DNA from: Lepidodermella squamata
Taxonomy: Eukaryota > Animalia > Gastrotricha
NCBI GenBank assembly: GCA_047495785.1
Contig: JBLDXI010000003.1
Location: 4,340,001-4,404,000, forward strand
Length of the DNA: 64,000 nt
Direction: 5' to 3'
Below are positions 61,946 through 64,000 of the stretch, piece by piece (the first letter of the stretch is position 1; each line of letters opens with the position of its first letter). The translations under genes were made by a program, and so were the position numbers. A model generated the notes under the pieces. The model saw only the letters and a program-made list of their open reading frames with translations. It was not told where the DNA came from and searched no databases.

Positions 61946-63749
61946 TTAATCATTGAAATGCTCTTCTTCATAGTCTAGCAGGTAGGAAACAAGTGATTGA
62001 ATGTTAGGTCGGCAAGCAGGTTCCGTAGCCCAACACCTCAAGAGTAAATTATCAAAAAATTCTTTCGGACACAATAAATTTGGATCATCTTTGCAACGCC
62101 TAGCAACGTAACTCGGCTGGCTTTGAATGGCATGTAAATCTTCCAATGATATTCGCCCGCCAGAATCGATGAACCGCCACATTTCAAAATTGTTCTTTTC
62201 TGCAATAAAAATTGACTATAAAAAGATGCTCGAAATGAAATTAGATTGCGTTACTTTCATAAGGAATAGCTCCCAAACTCAGAACCTCGAAGCCCAGAAT
62301 TCCGTAAGACCAGACGTCGCTTTTATTCGAGAATCTTTTGTGAATCAAAGCTTCCGGTGCGGTCCAGCGAACTGGAACACGCTTATCGGAATGCGACTCG
62401 TAGGTGTTATTATGGTCTAGAACGGCTGACAATCCAAAATCGGCTATTTTCACCTCCAAACGGGAGCTGGGCGTCTCCTGGTGAACTAGGCAATTAGCAG
62501 CCCGCAAATCACGATGGAGGACCTTTTCAGCTTCAAGGTAAGCCATTCCCATGCAAACTTGCTTCAAAATGTCGACGAAATGACGGAATGAAAAATAAAA
62601 GCTGACTCCATTCGTCGCTAGTAAGGAATCAAGCAGAGACCCGAGATTCATAAACTCGGTAACGATAAGGAACGGCTCTCGATCGATGCAAACCCCGACT
62701 AGTTTTACTAGATTTTCGTGCAACACTGATGACATCGTTGTGGCTTCGTCTAAAATCGCAGCTTGACACACGCCCTCGCCAGGCTTCAGTCGTTTCACTG
62801 CAACATCAAGAGAGTTCCATTTCGCTTTGAAAACATCACCGAAATTTCCGCCCCCAATTTGACCAAGTAATTCAACTTCAGAGGCTGATATTGAGATATC
62901 ATTTAGTTCAACTCGCCGACACTGCCTAGGATAAGCCATCGTGAGGCGAAGTTGCCCCGACTGTAACCCAAGGTCGTTTTCTACAATAAAAACGCTGGTT
63001 CTTGGGAGGAAAGCAATGTCGACCGAATGGTTTTACCACAATAAAACATTAGTAATGTATCCAAGTCTGGAAATATTTCATCCGAAACTGCACAGAGTCG
63101 GCCATCGGCCAGTACACGGATCTAAAATCCTTTCAACTTGACCTCTTGGAATACATTTTGCTAAAACAAGCGCTACCTTGATATGAGCCACCTTTCGCTC
63201 GCTTGTCCGTACTGACATCGCCAAGGTTTCTGAATCGCATCTGCACGGCCTCAAAATGAAGGTACCAAGTTGCACATCGGGTCTGAGCAACATTAATTCC
63301 GCATTTCGGCGATTAACGCTAAAAAATGCTCGATTTCCCGACAGTTCGTCGCTTTTCAGTCTGTCGAATTCAAGGTAACGATCAATCCGACTTGCAAAAT
63401 CTTCAGTTCTCCCCAAGGTCATGTAAAGAGAATCCTGATCATCGTTCACCGGTTGGAAAAAAGTTTCAAAATCATCACATGATGGGCTTGATAGGTAGCC
63501 ATTTTCGTCGAAGGCCGAAAATCTTTCCTCATTCTCCAGGACACTTCCGAGTTGGCTATCGGGATTGCGACGCCTCGTCGGTCGGCTGACTTTTGGCGGC
63601 GTCACATAGGGGTACTGGCCCCCACTGTAGTCGTACATATCGTTTGGCCGGGCGAGTTTTTGAGCACGCTTCTCCTTCAGCGGATTCAACGCGCGAACGA
63701 GAGCTCCAACGAAAGAACTCCGTTTTTTCTTCTTAATAACAGCGGACAT
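61946..63749 (-). CDS. Non-receptor tyrosine kinase (SH2 + TK, no SH3 seen), ~545 aa; 5' end uncertain
   Basis: Exons 63749-63177, 63121-63037, 62980-62255, 62199-61946. SH2 GTFILRPC..LAMSV..VAHIKI; kinase GGGNFG, VAVK, HRDLRAAN, DFG, WTAPE, SDVWSYG. Confidence 0.92.
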
Positions 63750-64000
63750 ATCATAAATAAGCTTCTAAAGCAATACACGCCGTTAAGGCGGCTCGGCTTC
63801 TTATCAGTATCAGAATTCCAAATCGCAGCATTTCTCGCGTAGGCGTGCGTTACTTAGTCATCTATAAACAAGTAAAACTCTTTGAAAATGAGAATATAAC
63901 AGCTTTTACTATTTGAATCCGCTTTTTTCGTCCAACAAATAACAACTTTTCCGTGTAACAAATGATAGAAATTCAATATTCGTTCAAATCATCTCTTTGT

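Noticed and set aside
61858-62050. Single kinase-YTH-RING fusion gene
   Set aside because: The kinase has a complete C-lobe and a stop, and no convincing splice donor precedes the stop

Overview
Eukaryotic (animal, probably a compact-genome invertebrate) genomic window. Most introns are GT-AG and about 40-60 nt, so the ORF track shows only exon fragments; gene models below were spliced by hand. Left to right: the 5' part of RanBP2/Nup358 directly downstream of RPL35A (minus strand, operon-like spacing); a ~30 kb island of decayed transposons (Copia, Gypsy with an adjacent env-like glycoprotein relic, L2/CR1 LINEs, hAT, several MITEs, a tRNA-SINE); RPL3 with an intronic SNORD83-like C/D snoRNA, other structured introns and a candidate NMD-coupled alternative acceptor; a protein 4.1/coracle gene; two tandem GPI-anchored genes with a basic Gly/Ser tail and a CUB-like domain; a C-type lectin/WSC/collagen membrane receptor with a 36-bp coding repeat; and an SH2 tyrosine kinase followed 87 nt later by a gene encoding two YTH (m6A-reader) domains plus a RING-H2 finger. 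The YTH-YTH-RING gene is the best candidate for an undescribed system. Domain calls come from recognising motifs by eye; no searches were run.
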